The notes beneath the pieces are model-generated. The model had not been told where the DNA came from and ran no database searches. It saw only the letters and a program-made list of their open reading frames with translations. Positions 46,247 to 56,537 of a DNA stretch of 64,000 nucleotides are shown here, piece by piece. The stretch comes from an uncultured Oscillospiraceae bacterium (GTDB lineage: Bacteria > Bacillota > Clostridia > Oscillospirales > QAMX01), in contig CAZEUG010000006.1 in assembly GCA_964515055.1 (NCBI GenBank), forward strand, positions 18,796 through 82,795, in the 5' to 3' direction. A program made the position numbers and the translations under genes. The stretch's first letter is position 1, and every line of letters starts with the position of its first letter.

Positions 46247-47815
46247 ATGAAACACACGCTGTACAGGTGGATGGCCTTCTGTCTCTGTTTGACCATGCTC
46301 CTGTCCTTCACAGCCTGTCGATTGACATCGACCAGCCCGGCTGACACCTCTGACACCTCTGCCGACGCATCCAATCCCGCCATTCCTTCGCAGTCCGCGC
46401 TGTTTGCGGGCAGCAGCTACGGCGCATCCGTCGGTTCTCTGCTCAGCCGGCAGATTTCGGGGCTGGGGCAAAGTGTAGACAATCCCCTGTCGACGCTGAC
46501 GCAGAATCTGCAAGCTCATGCGCAGGTGGATGCCACCGTGGAGCTGGCGCTTCAGACCAGCCGTCTCAGCAGTTTTCTGAACGCGCTGCTGAGCGGTACG
46601 ACAGTATCGCTCCAGTTCAAAAGCATCGAGGACACCTGGCGTTTGAAGCTCGGTTCTGAATTCCGCCAATTTACAGACAGCGACCTCTCGCTGGAAGGCA
46701 TCTATGACGGTTCGGATCTCTATCTCTCCATGCCGGGATATCTGGACACGGCGCTCCAGCTGCCGCTGGACAGTCTGGTGGATGCCAGTCCGGATGCTTC
46801 TGCCTCCCCCTCCGACCTGTTCTCTCATTTGCAGGAGCAATTTGCCAATGACAGGATGCAGCAGCTGGTGGACGGTTTCTTCGCCATGCTGAGTGCGGTG
46901 ATCAGTGACACGCTGTCGGCCATTCCGGACGATGCGTGTTCCGTGACGGATACGACCCTTGCGCTCGGCGGTTCTGCCATTCCGGTGCAGCAGCTGACCG
47001 TTTCATTGACACCGGAGATGTACTACGCCATGGTTCACGCAGCCTTGACCTCGCTTTGCAACGGTCAGAGTTCTGATGCATTCTTTCTGGCGCTGACGGA
47101 CTGGATGTCTGAGTTCGACGAAGTCTCCATTGCCGTTGAGGACTGGCAAACTGAGCTGCAGGACACGCTGGACAATCTGTCGCTCGATGATTTTTCTGAC
47201 ATGGCTGAGGGCGAACTGACCGTCATGGCCACTGCTGACACCATTTACGCCGTTTCCATCGCATTGAGTGATGATGAGTCGGCGCTGTCGATCGATTTGC
47301 AGGATACCCGCTCGGCCGCTGACGGTGCCCTGACATGGGCGCTGCTGCTCACGAGCAATCAGGGGGCGTCCTCGCTTTCCTGCTCCGGCAGTCTCTGCCC
47401 CGGCGCTTCGACGGCGATGCTGATGGATCTCCGCCTGACAGACAATCAGCAGGAAGTTCTGTCACTTCACCTCGACAGCGAGGTCACAGCCAATGTCTGC
47501 TCCCTGACGCTCTCACTGGATGCGGACAATCAGTCCATCCGGTTTACGGCCGGGATGGCATCGGACAGCAACCAGATCAGGCTTGCGCTGGAGGACCTTT
47601 TCGTCACGCTGGACGGCATTGCATGGCTCGAGGGCGGGTCGATTGCTTTGACGCTCTCCGCTTCGGACAACCCGGATTCCGCGCCCTATACCGCGCCCGG
47701 CAATGCGATCTCGCTCGAGGAATTTGCCACCAACGAGGATCTCGGCAATGCATTTTTGAACAACCTGTTTGCCAACCCGGTGCTGTTTGAGCTCATGTCC
47801 GGGATTCTCGCATAA
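46247..47815 (+). CDS. Large acidic Ser/Asp/Leu-rich lipoprotein, unknown function
   Basis: MKHTLYRWMAFCLCLTMLLSFTAC lipobox. 522 aa, no recognisable motif. Confidence 0.6.
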   Translation: MKHTLYRWMAFCLCLTMLLSFTACRLTSTSPADTSDTSADASNPAIPSQSALFAGSSYGASVGSLLSRQISGLGQSVDNPLSTLTQNLQAHAQVDATVELALQTSRLSSFLNALLSGTTVSLQFKSIEDTWRLKLGSEFRQFTDSDLSLEGIYDGSDLYLSMPGYLDTALQLPLDSLVDASPDASASPSDLFSHLQEQFANDRMQQLVDGFFAMLSAVISDTLSAIPDDACSVTDTTLALGGSAIPVQQLTVSLTPEMYYAMVHAALTSLCNGQSSDAFFLALTDWMSEFDEVSIAVEDWQTELQDTLDNLSLDDFSDMAEGELTVMATADTIYAVSIALSDDESALSIDLQDTRSAADGALTWALLLTSNQGASSLSCSGSLCPGASTAMLMDLRLTDNQQEVLSLHLDSEVTANVCSLTLSLDADNQSIRFTAGMASDSNQIRLALEDLFVTLDGIAWLEGGSIALTLSASDNPDSAPYTAPGNAISLEEFATNEDLGNAFLNNLFANPVLFELMSGILA

Positions 47816-47876
47816 ACCAATCTCAGCGCACAAAACGCCACGCAGAGGCTTTCTGTGTGGCGCGTAAACAAAGCGA

Positions 47877-47912
47877 AACCGACCTATGATTCCTCTTATA
47901 GGTCGGTTTTTT
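47877..47912 (+). terminator. Intrinsic terminator
   Basis: AAACCGACCTAT-gattcctctt-ATAGGTCGGTTT followed by TTTT. Confidence 0.75.
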
Positions 47913-48192
47913 CGTGAAGTGTAGTGGCTCTCATGTGTCACAGGAGATTCTTTCGTGTCAATGATACTGTCATACAAGGACATCAGGTTAGAAATGACTG
48001 AAATGACTGTCAAATTGTGGTAGACATATGGTGTCCTGCCGAATCTGTCAGCAAAATTCGAGCCGGTTGCCCTGAGTCTGTGCGATGATTCGTTGGTTTC
48101 ATCTGCAAGAACGGCCACAACAGATCAAGCTGTTGTGGCCGTTTCCTGTCGTATGGCCTACACGCTGTTTGCTGTGAGGCGTTTTTTCGGTA

Positions 48193-48798
48193 TCAATTGG
48201 CAGAGGTGTTCCCTGCCCATTCGTTCAGGCGGTCGAGGAGATCAGAACGACCTGTCCCCTTTTCCGCGGAGTACATCAGAATATCCGCGCCGGAGAAAGC
48301 ATGCGAAATTTCAGCCGGTCGAGCCGCCAGTTCCGTCTTGTTCAGCTTATCGCATTTGTTGGCAACAATCAGGAACGGGAGATTCGCCGAAACGAAGTAA
48401 TTGGCCATGGTCAGATCGGCGTCGAGCGGTCCGTGCCGTGCATCAATAATCAGCAGGCCGAGCGCCGGCAGCGACGTGTACCGGGCGCAGGTCGCGAAGA
48501 AATCATCGATCAGCGCAGCCCACCGGTCGCGTTCGTTGAAGGAGCGTTTGGCGTAGCCGTAGCCCGGCAAATCGACCAGGTAGACCGTTTCATCGACGCA
48601 GAAGTAGTTGACCTGCGTCGTTTTTCCGGGCGACGCACCGACGCGGGCAAAGTTCTTCCGGTTCAGCATCGAATTGATCACGGAGGATTTGCCGACGTTG
48701 GAGCGTCCGGCCAGAATCACCAGCGGATGGCTGTCAAACAGGAAATCGCGTTTGGAAGCGGCAGATTTGAGAAACTGCACGTTGTGTACATTCAGCAT
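48193..48798 (-). CDS. engB: Ribosome biogenesis GTPase EngB/YsxC
   Basis: FLKSAASKRDF..., G1 motif GRSNVGKSS, DLPGYGYA, and NKCDK. ATG 48798 lies just after the clpX stop. Confidence 0.9.
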   Translation of the reverse strand: MLNVHNVQFLKSAASKRDFLFDSHPLVILAGRSNVGKSSVINSMLNRKNFARVGASPGKTTQVNYFCVDETVYLVDLPGYGYAKRSFNERDRWAALIDDFFATCARYTSLPALGLLIIDARHGPLDADLTMANYFVSANLPFLIVANKCDKLNKTELAARPAEISHAFSGADILMYSAEKGTGRSDLLDRLNEWAGNTSAN

Positions 48799-48809
48799 TG
48801 CAGCGACCC

Positions 48810-50084
48810 TCAGCGTTGAGTGACAGCCGGCATGGCGCGTTTGCCTGGAATCCGTTTCACGACCGGAGCTGCTTTCTTTTCCACGCAATCTCTCGTGATG
48901 ACAACTTCCACAACGTCCTCCTGGGACGGAATGTCATACATCGGGCCGATCAGGACACTCTCCATGATGGAGCGCAGGCCGCGTGCGCCGATATTCTTTT
49001 TGGTGGCTTCCTCAGCAATGGCGCGAACAGCATCGTCCTCGAAGGTCAGTTTCACGTTTTCCATCTCGAACATATGCACATACTGCTTGGTCAGGGCGTT
49101 TTTCGGCTCGGTCAACACGCGGACGAGTGCATCCTCATTCAGCTGCGACAGCGAAATGATCACCGGCAACCGTCCAACCAGCTCCGGAATCAGGCCGAAT
49201 TTGATGATATCATGTGCTTCGACCTCTTCCAGCAGCTGTGAAACCTCCCGCTCCTTGCGGGTTGCAATCTGGGCATTGAAGCCGATATTTTTCACGTTGA
49301 CACGTTTTTCAATCAGCTTATCGATTCCGTCAAATGCACCGCCGCAGATAAAGAGGATGTTCGTCGTGTCAATCTGGATGCATTCCTTCTGCGGATGCTT
49401 CCGGCCACCCTGCGGCGGGACATTGGCCACCGTGCCTTCCAGGAGCTTCAACAGCGCCTGCTGGACGCCTTCGCCGCTGACATCGCGGGTAATGGAGGTG
49501 TTTTCGCTTTTCCGGGAAATCTTATCGATTTCATCGATGTAAATGATCCCGTGCTCCGCGCGGGCGATATCATAGTCTGCCGCCTGAATCAGGCGCAGCA
49601 GAATATTTTCCACATCTTCACCGACATAGCCCGCTTCTGTCAGCGTTGTCGCGTCCGCAATGGCAAACGGCACCTTCAGCGTTTTTGCAAGCGTCTGTGC
49701 CAGGTAGGTTTTGCCACAGCCTGTCGGCCCGAGGAGCAGAATGTTGCTCTTTTGCAGCTGCACATCGGACTGATCATTGAAATAGACGCGTTTATAGTGA
49801 TTGTAGGTTGCCACAGAAAGGGCGATTTTCGCCGCGTCCTGACCAATGACATATTGATCAAGGATGGCTTTCATTTCTGCTGGTTTGGGAAGCGGGCCAT
49901 CCGGTTTTTCCGGTGCGCGATGTGTTGCAGAGACGTCGTCCTCGTCTGATATCATCTGATAGCAGAGGCGGACGCAGTCATCGCAGATATAGGCCGCATC
50001 GCCGGAAATAATGCGATTCGCCTCCGTCTGAGGGCGACCACAGAAGGAGCAGCAAATCAGCCGTTTGTCATCATTTCTTGCCAT
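48810..50084 (-). CDS. clpX: ATP-dependent Clp protease ATP-binding subunit ClpX
   Basis: N-terminal zinc finger CSFCGR...CDDC, Walker A GPTGCGKT, and IIYIDEIDK. Confidence 0.97.
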   Translation of the reverse strand: MARNDDKRLICCSFCGRPQTEANRIISGDAAYICDDCVRLCYQMISDEDDVSATHRAPEKPDGPLPKPAEMKAILDQYVIGQDAAKIALSVATYNHYKRVYFNDQSDVQLQKSNILLLGPTGCGKTYLAQTLAKTLKVPFAIADATTLTEAGYVGEDVENILLRLIQAADYDIARAEHGIIYIDEIDKISRKSENTSITRDVSGEGVQQALLKLLEGTVANVPPQGGRKHPQKECIQIDTTNILFICGGAFDGIDKLIEKRVNVKNIGFNAQIATRKEREVSQLLEEVEAHDIIKFGLIPELVGRLPVIISLSQLNEDALVRVLTEPKNALTKQYVHMFEMENVKLTFEDDAVRAIAEEATKKNIGARGLRSIMESVLIGPMYDIPSQEDVVEVVITRDCVEKKAAPVVKRIPGKRAMPAVTQR

Positions 50085-50104
50085 GTGGATCTCCTGTCGT
50101 GCGT

Positions 50105-50689
50105 TTATTTTTGACGGGTCAGCACTGCGTCAATCAGGCCATATGCCTTGGCTTCTTCTGCCGTCATGAAATGGTCGCGTTCCGTATCGGCTTCCACCAC
50201 GTTCAGCGGCTGGCCTGTCATCTGTGCAAGCATTTCGTTCATTTTGGAGCGAATGGCAATGATTCGTTCTGCGTGAATTTTGATATCACTGACCTGACCC
50301 TGTGCGCCGCCGGAGGGCTGGTGAATCATAATTTCGCTGTTCGGCAGTGCGAAGCGTTTGCCCTTTGCACCGGCAGCCAGGAGAAATGCGCCCATGCTGG
50401 CAGCCATGCCGATGCAGATGGTTGAGACATCCGGTTTGATATATTGCATGGTGTCGTAAATGGCCATACCGGACGTGATGGAGCCGCCCGGGCTGTTAAT
50501 ATAGAGAGAAATGTCCTTATCCGGATCCTGTGCTTCCAGATAGAGCAGCTGTGCGACAACCAGCCCCGCAGAGACATCATTCACTTCCTCATGGAGGAAA
50601 ATGATACGGTCATTCAGCAGGCGGGAAAAAATATCAAAGCTGCGCTCGCCGCGGTTGGTCTGTTCAATAACCATCGGTACCAAACTCAT
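50105..50689 (-). CDS. clpP: ATP-dependent Clp protease proteolytic subunit
   Basis: [22 protein letters not shown]... with catalytic Ser/His/Asp context ([13 protein letters not shown]). Confidence 0.97.
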   Translation of the reverse strand: MSLVPMVIEQTNRGERSFDIFSRLLNDRIIFLHEEVNDVSAGLVVAQLLYLEAQDPDKDISLYINSPGGSITSGMAIYDTMQYIKPDVSTICIGMAASMGAFLLAAGAKGKRFALPNSEIMIHQPSGGAQGQVSDIKIHAERIIAIRSKMNEMLAQMTGQPLNVVEADTERDHFMTAEEAKAYGLIDAVLTRQK

Positions 50690-50723
50690 AATGAATCATC
50701 CCTTCGTTTTGATTTTCGGTTCT

Positions 50724-50774
50724 AAAAAACAGGCAGCGCCGCCGATCTGCCGTCAGAGACGTGCGGCGCTGCCT
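50724..50774 (-). terminator. Terminator/attenuator between tig and clpP
   Basis: 12-bp stem AGGCAGCGCCGC/GCGGCGCUGCCU followed by GUUUUUUA on the minus strand. Confidence 0.65.
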
Positions 50775-50800
50775 ATCATGATCGTCAGATTGACTGAATT

Positions 50801-52195
50801 TTATTCAGCGTCTGTTTCGGTCTTTTCTTCAGCGGCCTTTTTTCTTGTACGTTTTTTGGGTTCCGGCTTCGCTTCTTCCGTTGCAGCGTCCTGCGTTTCG
50901 GCTTCTTCGGCCGGTTTCGGATCCAGCTTCACAGCGGTTTCCTTGATGAGGTCAATGGCGCGGGTCTTCTGCATATCTTCGCGAACCGCTTCGTAGCTCA
51001 TGTATTTCTTCAGCTGGTCAACCGGGGTCTTGTACTGTTCGGCCAGTTTTTCATATTCGGCTTCAACGGCTTCATCCGTGATTTCGAAGTTCTCAGCCTT
51101 GACAATGGCTTCCAGAGCCAGCGTGGTCTTCACCTGACGCTCTGCGCGGTCGCGGAAGGTGGAACGGAAGCCGTCCATATCCATGCCGCTCATCTGCAGA
51201 TAGGCTTCCAGCGTCATACCCTGGGAGCGGAGGCGGTATTCAAAATCTTCGGCAATCCGGTCGAGCTGCTGTTCGATCATGCAGGCCGGAATATCGACTT
51301 CCACGCCTTCCAGCAGTTTATCGAGCAGGCGTTCTTCGAATTCTTCATTTGCGCTCTTTTCGCGGACGGTCTGCATTTTCTGCTTCAGGTCTTCGCGATA
51401 CTCAGCCAGCGTTTCGAACTCGGAAACGTCTTTTGCGAATTCATCATCGAGCTCCGGCAGGATGTTTTCCTTGACTTCGTGCACTTTGACCTTGAAGACG
51501 GCCGGTTTGCCCGCGAGCTCTTCTGCCTGATACTGTTCCGGGAATGTGACGTTGACGTCTTTTTCATCGCCGGCTTTGACGCCGATCAGCTGATCCTCAA
51601 AGCCCGGAATGAACTGACCGGAACCGAGGCGGAGATTGTGGTTTTCAGCTTTGCCGCCTTCGAATGCGACATCGTCCACGAAGCCTTCAAAGTCGATCAC
51701 AACAGTATCGCCGTCTGCCGCTTCACGTTCCACGGTTTCGAGGCGGCCATTCCGCTTCCGGCGGTTCTGGAGTTCGTTTTCGACATCTTCATCGGTCACG
51801 TTGGGTGCGACAAATTCGGCTTCGAGGTTCTGGTACTGGCCGAGCTTCACTTCCGGTTTCACGGTGACAACGGCGGTGAAGGTGAAGCCGTCTGCGTCAA
51901 TGCTGGTCAGTTCGACTTCAGCGCGATCAACCGGTTCGATGCCGGCTTCCTTCACGGCTGCGGAGTAAACCTCCGGATATGCGATATTGACTGCGTCTTC
52001 ATAGAAAACGCCTTCACCATAGGTGCGTTCGATCATACGACGCGGTGCGCGGCCACGGCGGAAGCCCTGAACGTTGAAACGCGACGCGTTTTTCTTATAA
52101 GATTTTTCGATGGCCGCTTCAAATTCGTTCTTTTCGACGGCGATTTCAAGCTTGACCTGGTTTTTGTCTGTTTTCTCTACATTTTTCAAAATCAT
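50801..52195 (-). CDS. tig: Trigger factor
   Basis: N-terminal ribosome-binding GFRRGRAPR motif and FKBP-type PPIase middle domain. Lys/Glu-rich C-terminal tail. Confidence 0.95.
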   Translation of the reverse strand: MILKNVEKTDKNQVKLEIAVEKNEFEAAIEKSYKKNASRFNVQGFRRGRAPRRMIERTYGEGVFYEDAVNIAYPEVYSAAVKEAGIEPVDRAEVELTSIDADGFTFTAVVTVKPEVKLGQYQNLEAEFVAPNVTDEDVENELQNRRKRNGRLETVEREAADGDTVVIDFEGFVDDVAFEGGKAENHNLRLGSGQFIPGFEDQLIGVKAGDEKDVNVTFPEQYQAEELAGKPAVFKVKVHEVKENILPELDDEFAKDVSEFETLAEYREDLKQKMQTVREKSANEEFEERLLDKLLEGVEVDIPACMIEQQLDRIAEDFEYRLRSQGMTLEAYLQMSGMDMDGFRSTFRDRAERQVKTTLALEAIVKAENFEITDEAVEAEYEKLAEQYKTPVDQLKKYMSYEAVREDMQKTRAIDLIKETAVKLDPKPAEEAETQDAATEEAKPEPKKRTRKKAAEEKTETDAE

Positions 52196-52229
52196 GGTTA
52201 TGTCCTCCTGCGTCTTCAGATACCGTAGT

Positions 52230-52258
52230 ATTATATCATATTTTCATGAGAATGCCAA
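52230..52258 (-). promoter_or_regulatory. Promoter of tig
   Basis: Minus strand reads TTGGCA (52258-52253), 17 nt, TATAAT (52235-52230). Confidence 0.65.
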
Positions 52259-52330
52259 CTGGTTTTTGAAATAAAAATCTTTTTTCCTGCGATTTTTCCG
52301 TGCATCACGCCATTTTTTACGAAAAGTCCG

Positions 52331-53032
52331 TCAGTCAATCCGCAGCGGACAGAAATTCAGATGGTCTGCCGAGATGCAGGTGTATGTGATGCCGTCGATA
52401 CAGCCCTCTTTTGCATACCGCAGAGAGCGGCCGTGCAAATGGCCGTAATAGCAGCGCCGCACACCGTAGGTGTGCAGAAGCTCCAGAATGCCCGTGCTGA
52501 CAAAGGTCTGGAACACAGGCGGGTAATGCAGCACCGCAACCAGCTCTGACGCGCCCAGCTTTCTGCCCTCTTCCAGCGAGGCCTTCAGGCGAATCAGTTC
52601 CCGCCGATAGACCTTCCCGCTTTCTGCCGCTCCGGCGTTTTCGTTTTCCACGAACCAGCCGCGTGTGCCGCAGTAGGCGATTTCGCCGATTTGGACAGCC
52701 GTATTGTGCAGAAAGTCCAGCGTGTTCAGTTGATGTTCGGCCAGGAAACGGCGCATTCCTGTCACTGTTGTCCAGAAATAGTCATGGTTTCCCTTGAGGA
52801 GCAATTTTCGGCCGGGCAGCTGTTCGATCAGTTGGAAATCCAGCAGCGCCTCCGCCAGGGACATCCCCCAGGAGGTATCACCGGCCAGCAGAACCGTATC
52901 CTCCGGGTCGATTGTATTCGTCCAGGCTGCCTGTATTTTCTCCACATAGCCATTCCAGACGCCGCCAAAGAGATCCATCGGTTTATTGACGGCCTGAGAC
53001 AGGTGCAGATCTCCCATTACATAGACTGCCAA
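52331..53032 (-). CDS. Calcineurin-like metallophosphoesterase
   Basis: GDLHLS, AGDTSW, and KGNHDY motifs. TTG 53032 lies 8 nt after AAAGGAG. Confidence 0.8.
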   Translation of the reverse strand: MAVYVMGDLHLSQAVNKPMDLFGGVWNGYVEKIQAAWTNTIDPEDTVLLAGDTSWGMSLAEALLDFQLIEQLPGRKLLLKGNHDYFWTTVTGMRRFLAEHQLNTLDFLHNTAVQIGEIAYCGTRGWFVENENAGAAESGKVYRRELIRLKASLEEGRKLGASELVAVLHYPPVFQTFVSTGILELLHTYGVRRCYYGHLHGRSLRYAKEGCIDGITYTCISADHLNFCPLRID

Positions 53033-53050
53033 TCCACACGCTCCTTTCTC

Positions 53051-54535
53051 TCAGCTCAGCAGCAGCGCCGACACCTTGGCCAGCATATCCGTTTTGGCGA
53101 CGCTGTCTGTGAAGCGAACCGGCTTTCCGGCCAGCTCCCGAATCGGAGCCGGTACCTCGATTCCGGTTTTTTGAGACAGGACGGACGCAGCGTTCGTCTG
53201 ATCCTCGCAGATTTCTCCGGTCAGAGCGCGCAGAACATCCGGTGCGAACTTGAACGGGCTGGCCGTAGATGCGACAAGTGTCTGCGTCGTATCACCGGTC
53301 GTCCGGCGGTACTCATCCAGCACGGACAATGCCACAGCCGTATGGGTATCGGGGAGATAGTGATAATCGCTGTAGTAACGGCGGATGCAGTCGAGCGTGG
53401 CCTGATCATCGCACCAGCCCGCACGGAAGGTCTGTTCCAGCCGTTTGGCCAACACGGGGGACACCTGATACTCGCCCTGTTCGGACAACTGATGCATCCA
53501 GCCTGCGACCTCTTCCCCATTGTGCTCCGACAGTTCAAAGAGCAATCGCTCCACATTGCTGGAGACGAGAATATCCATGGAGGGCGCGTTCGTGGTATAG
53601 AACGGGCGGCGTGCATTGTAGTGGCCGGTCTGCAGAAACTCCGTCAGGACGTTGTTTGCGTTGGAGGCGCAGATCAGGTGGGCAACCGGCAGACCCATGC
53701 GCTTGGCGAAATAGGCAGCCAGAATGTTGCCGAAGTTCCCGGTCGGGACGCAGATGTTGATCTTTTCGCCGTCGGCAATCGCACCCTGATTCAGCAAATC
53801 GCAATAGGCCGACACATAGTAGACGATCTGCGGAACGAGGCGACCCCAGTTGATGGAGTTTGCGCTGGAGAGGCGAATCCCCTTCTGTGCCAGCTGTTCT
53901 GCGAAGGCGGCGTCGGCAAAAATCCGTTTGACGCCGGTCTGGGCATCGTCAAAGTTGCCCTGAACCGCGCTGACCATCACGTTGCGGCCGGACTGCGTGA
54001 TCATCTGGCGTTTTTGAATCTCGCTAACGCCGTTTTCCGGATAAAACACGAGAATCCGCGTACCGTCCACGTCTGCGAAGCCTTCCAGCGCGGCTTTACC
54101 GGTATCGCCGGAGGTGGCGACCAGGATGGTGATTTCATCTGTGACGCCGCATTTTTTCATGGACGCCGTCAGCAGGTAGGGCAGGATTTGCAGCGCCATA
54201 TCTTTGAATGCGCAGGTCGGCCCGTGAAAGAGTTCCAGGATATGCGTCCGGTCTCCGCACGGAACAACCGGTGCAACCGCTGCCGAGTCAAAGCGGCGGT
54301 AGGCTGTTTTGGTGTAGTCAGACAGCTCTTCCGGGGTGAAATCCGTCAGGAAGCTACCGAGCAGCCACGCGGCGCGTTCCGCATAGGAGCAGGTGCGCAG
54401 ATAAGTAATGTGGCTTTTATGAATCTCCGGGATGGAGGCCGGTATGAACAGGCCACCGTCCGGAGCGATGCCGGACAGGATCGCCGCAGATGACTCCACG
54501 CGCCTGGAAGAATTCCTCGTACTGATATAATCCAT
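53051..54535 (-). CDS. thrC: Threonine synthase
   Basis: MDYISTRN..., LELFHGPTCAFKD (PLP lysine), and SGDTGKAA. AAAGGAGAA RBS. Confidence 0.93.
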   Translation of the reverse strand: MDYISTRNSSRRVESSAAILSGIAPDGGLFIPASIPEIHKSHITYLRTCSYAERAAWLLGSFLTDFTPEELSDYTKTAYRRFDSAAVAPVVPCGDRTHILELFHGPTCAFKDMALQILPYLLTASMKKCGVTDEITILVATSGDTGKAALEGFADVDGTRILVFYPENGVSEIQKRQMITQSGRNVMVSAVQGNFDDAQTGVKRIFADAAFAEQLAQKGIRLSSANSINWGRLVPQIVYYVSAYCDLLNQGAIADGEKINICVPTGNFGNILAAYFAKRMGLPVAHLICASNANNVLTEFLQTGHYNARRPFYTTNAPSMDILVSSNVERLLFELSEHNGEEVAGWMHQLSEQGEYQVSPVLAKRLEQTFRAGWCDDQATLDCIRRYYSDYHYLPDTHTAVALSVLDEYRRTTGDTTQTLVASTASPFKFAPDVLRALTGEICEDQTNAASVLSQKTGIEVPAPIRELAGKPVRFTDSVAKTDMLAKVSALLLS

Positions 54536-54570
54536 AGTTGGGTTCTCCTTTTTATGTCGGGTCGCAGCGT

Positions 54571-55470
54571 TCACAGAGTGCGCCGCAGGAACTGATACAG
54601 ATTGTCAAAGAAGAAACGTTCGACCGTTTCCTGAGAATAATTCCGTCGGAGCAGCGCTTCTGCCAGGACTTCTACGGCAGCCGAGGTCTGCACCTCGCAC
54701 GGAAGCGTGTCACAGCCGTCAAAGTCGCAGCCGAGAGCCAGTGCCCGGACGGCTCGCGCATCGAGTGCGGCCAGGTATTCAATCTGGCGAACGACGTCAT
54801 CCACAGAAGCATCCTCCCGCCCTGTCAGAAAGCGTGTATAGAGGTTGATGCCACAAATGCCCTGTGCATCCAGCAGTTTGAGAAACAGATCATCGGTCAG
54901 GTTGCGCGGATGATCGCAGAGGGATCGGGCATTGGAATGACTGGCCATCACGCGGCCGGGATAGGCATCCATCAGCTCATAGGCACCGGCGTCCGAGAGG
55001 TGGGAGATATCCAGGAGCATTCCCAATGCAACCGCCCGCTCCGCAAAAAAACGACCCGACTCCGTCAAGCCCTGCGATGAATGTTCGATGCAGGTGCCGG
55101 CCAAGCCGCAGAAGCGGTTATGGGTCAGGCCAATCACGCGGACGCCTGCCTCGTAGGCAGCGATGAGCTGTGACGGTTCGCAGCAGAGGGTTTCCGCGCC
55201 CTCTATTGCAAGCACAGCGGCGATTTGACCAACTTGCACCGTCTGTTCCAGCTCCGCGCCATTTCTACAAAGGTGGGCGTTTGGAACTGCGGTCAGCCGC
55301 GCTGCAGCTGTTTGGAAAAAGGACAGATCCGGTTGTCGAATGCCATCGGCGCAGATTGCAAAAATCTGGCCACGTTTTCGATAGGCTTCGTAGTGCCAGT
55401 CGATGTGGTGATGAAGGCTGCCGGTGGTCAGCGTGTCACAATGTGCGTCAAAGTAAGAAAGGTTCGACAT
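54571..55470 (-). CDS. Membrane dipeptidase family (M19) protein
   Basis: YFDAHCDTL, IGLTHNRFCG and SHSNA motifs. ATG 55470 follows AAAGGGGA. Confidence 0.75.
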   Translation of the reverse strand: MSNLSYFDAHCDTLTTGSLHHHIDWHYEAYRKRGQIFAICADGIRQPDLSFFQTAAARLTAVPNAHLCRNGAELEQTVQVGQIAAVLAIEGAETLCCEPSQLIAAYEAGVRVIGLTHNRFCGLAGTCIEHSSQGLTESGRFFAERAVALGMLLDISHLSDAGAYELMDAYPGRVMASHSNARSLCDHPRNLTDDLFLKLLDAQGICGINLYTRFLTGREDASVDDVVRQIEYLAALDARAVRALALGCDFDGCDTLPCEVQTSAAVEVLAEALLRRNYSQETVERFFFDNLYQFLRRTL

Positions 55471-55510
55471 AAAAATCCCCTTTTCAGCCATTGAGTAACG
55501 GTGCAACGGT

Positions 55511-55882
55511 TCAGAACGCTGCGACATTTTCCAGATAGTGGATGGCCTTTGGCGGCTGCGTCAGCAGCTCCGGGGCAATGACTTCTGCCACGTCAAAGCG
55601 GGTCGGCCAATCGCAGTTGGTTTCTGCCAGATAGGCCAGTGCGGCCAACTGCATCCGTTTCAGCTTGTGCGGCGTCACGTGCTCCATCGGCTGGGCAAAT
55701 GTCGTACTGCGTCGGGTTTTGACCTCGACAAAGATCAGCATGCCCTCATATTCGGCAATCAGGTCGATTTCGCCCTGACGGGTTCGATAATTGGCGGCAC
55801 GGATGGAATAACCCTTCTGACGCAGAAACGCAGCCGTCTGCGCTTCACCCCATGCGCCCAGCAGTCGGCTGTCCTGTTTCAT
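55511..55882 (-). CDS. yraN: YraN-family (UPF0102) endonuclease-like protein
   Basis: GAWGEAQTAAFLRQKGYSI...GEIDLIAEYEGMLIFVEVKTRR. GGGAGG lies 6 nt before ATG 55882. Confidence 0.85.
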   Translation of the reverse strand: MKQDSRLLGAWGEAQTAAFLRQKGYSIRAANYRTRQGEIDLIAEYEGMLIFVEVKTRRSTTFAQPMEHVTPHKLKRMQLAALAYLAETNCDWPTRFDVAEVIAPELLTQPPKAIHYLENVAAF

Positions 55883-55883
55883 G

Positions 55884-56537
55884 TCATTCCTCCCGTTGTT
55901 TTCGGGCATTGTATTTTTTCAGAAAGGACAGGCGATGGACAGGAGACGGTCCAAACTGTTCAATCGCCTGATAATGCATGGCCGTTCCATAGCCCTTATG
56001 CTGCGCAAAGCCATACACGGGATACTGCTCGGCCAGCGTTCGCATGGAGCGATCCCGGGTCACCTTGGCCAGGACGGAGGCCGCCGCGATGGATGCGCTT
56101 TTCGCGTCCCCGCCGATCACGCACTGTGTCGGAGCGCTCAGGCGTGGTGCACGATTGCCGTCCACCAGAACCAACTCCGGATCAACTGCAAGGCCGTTTC
56201 GGTCAGTCATGGCCGTCACTGCACGCTGCATGGCCAGCATGGCCGCCTGCAGAATGTTGAGCGTCTCGATTTCCTCTACGGTTGCTTCGCCGATTCCAAA
56301 AGCAAGTGCGGCGGCGCAGATGTCGTCATACAGGGACTCTCGGCGCGATTCGGAGAGCTTTTTGGAGTCGTTCAGGTATGGAAGCTCCAATTCGGACGGA
56401 AGAACCACTGCCGCAGCAAACACGCTGCCCGCCAGAGGTCCGCGCCCGGCTTCATCCACTCCAGCGAGGACGGAAACGCCCTGTGTGCGGAACGTTTCAT
56501 CAAACAGGCGGAGTTCCGGATAAATGGTGTTACGCAC
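55884..56537 (-). CDS. rnhB: Ribonuclease HII
   Basis: AGVDEAGRGPLAGSV, DSKKLS, and HYQAI... I chose GTG 56537, which overlaps the rbgA stop. The longer track ORF would overlap rbgA by about 140 nt. Confidence 0.85.
   Translation of the reverse strand: MRNTIYPELRLFDETFRTQGVSVLAGVDEAGRGPLAGSVFAAAVVLPSELELPYLNDSKKLSESRRESLYDDICAAALAFGIGEATVEEIETLNILQAAMLAMQRAVTAMTDRNGLAVDPELVLVDGNRAPRLSAPTQCVIGGDAKSASIAAASVLAKVTRDRSMRTLAEQYPVYGFAQHKGYGTAMHYQAIEQFGPSPVHRLSFLKKYNARKQREE

Noticed and set aside
52691-54493. 600-aa plus-strand ORF opposite the metallophosphoesterase and thrC genes. The same pattern applies to 58709..60481 opposite the phosphosugar mutase and 60946..61929 opposite secA.
   Set aside because: They are antisense to genes with strong catalytic motifs, and their composition is typical of GC-rich non-coding frames.
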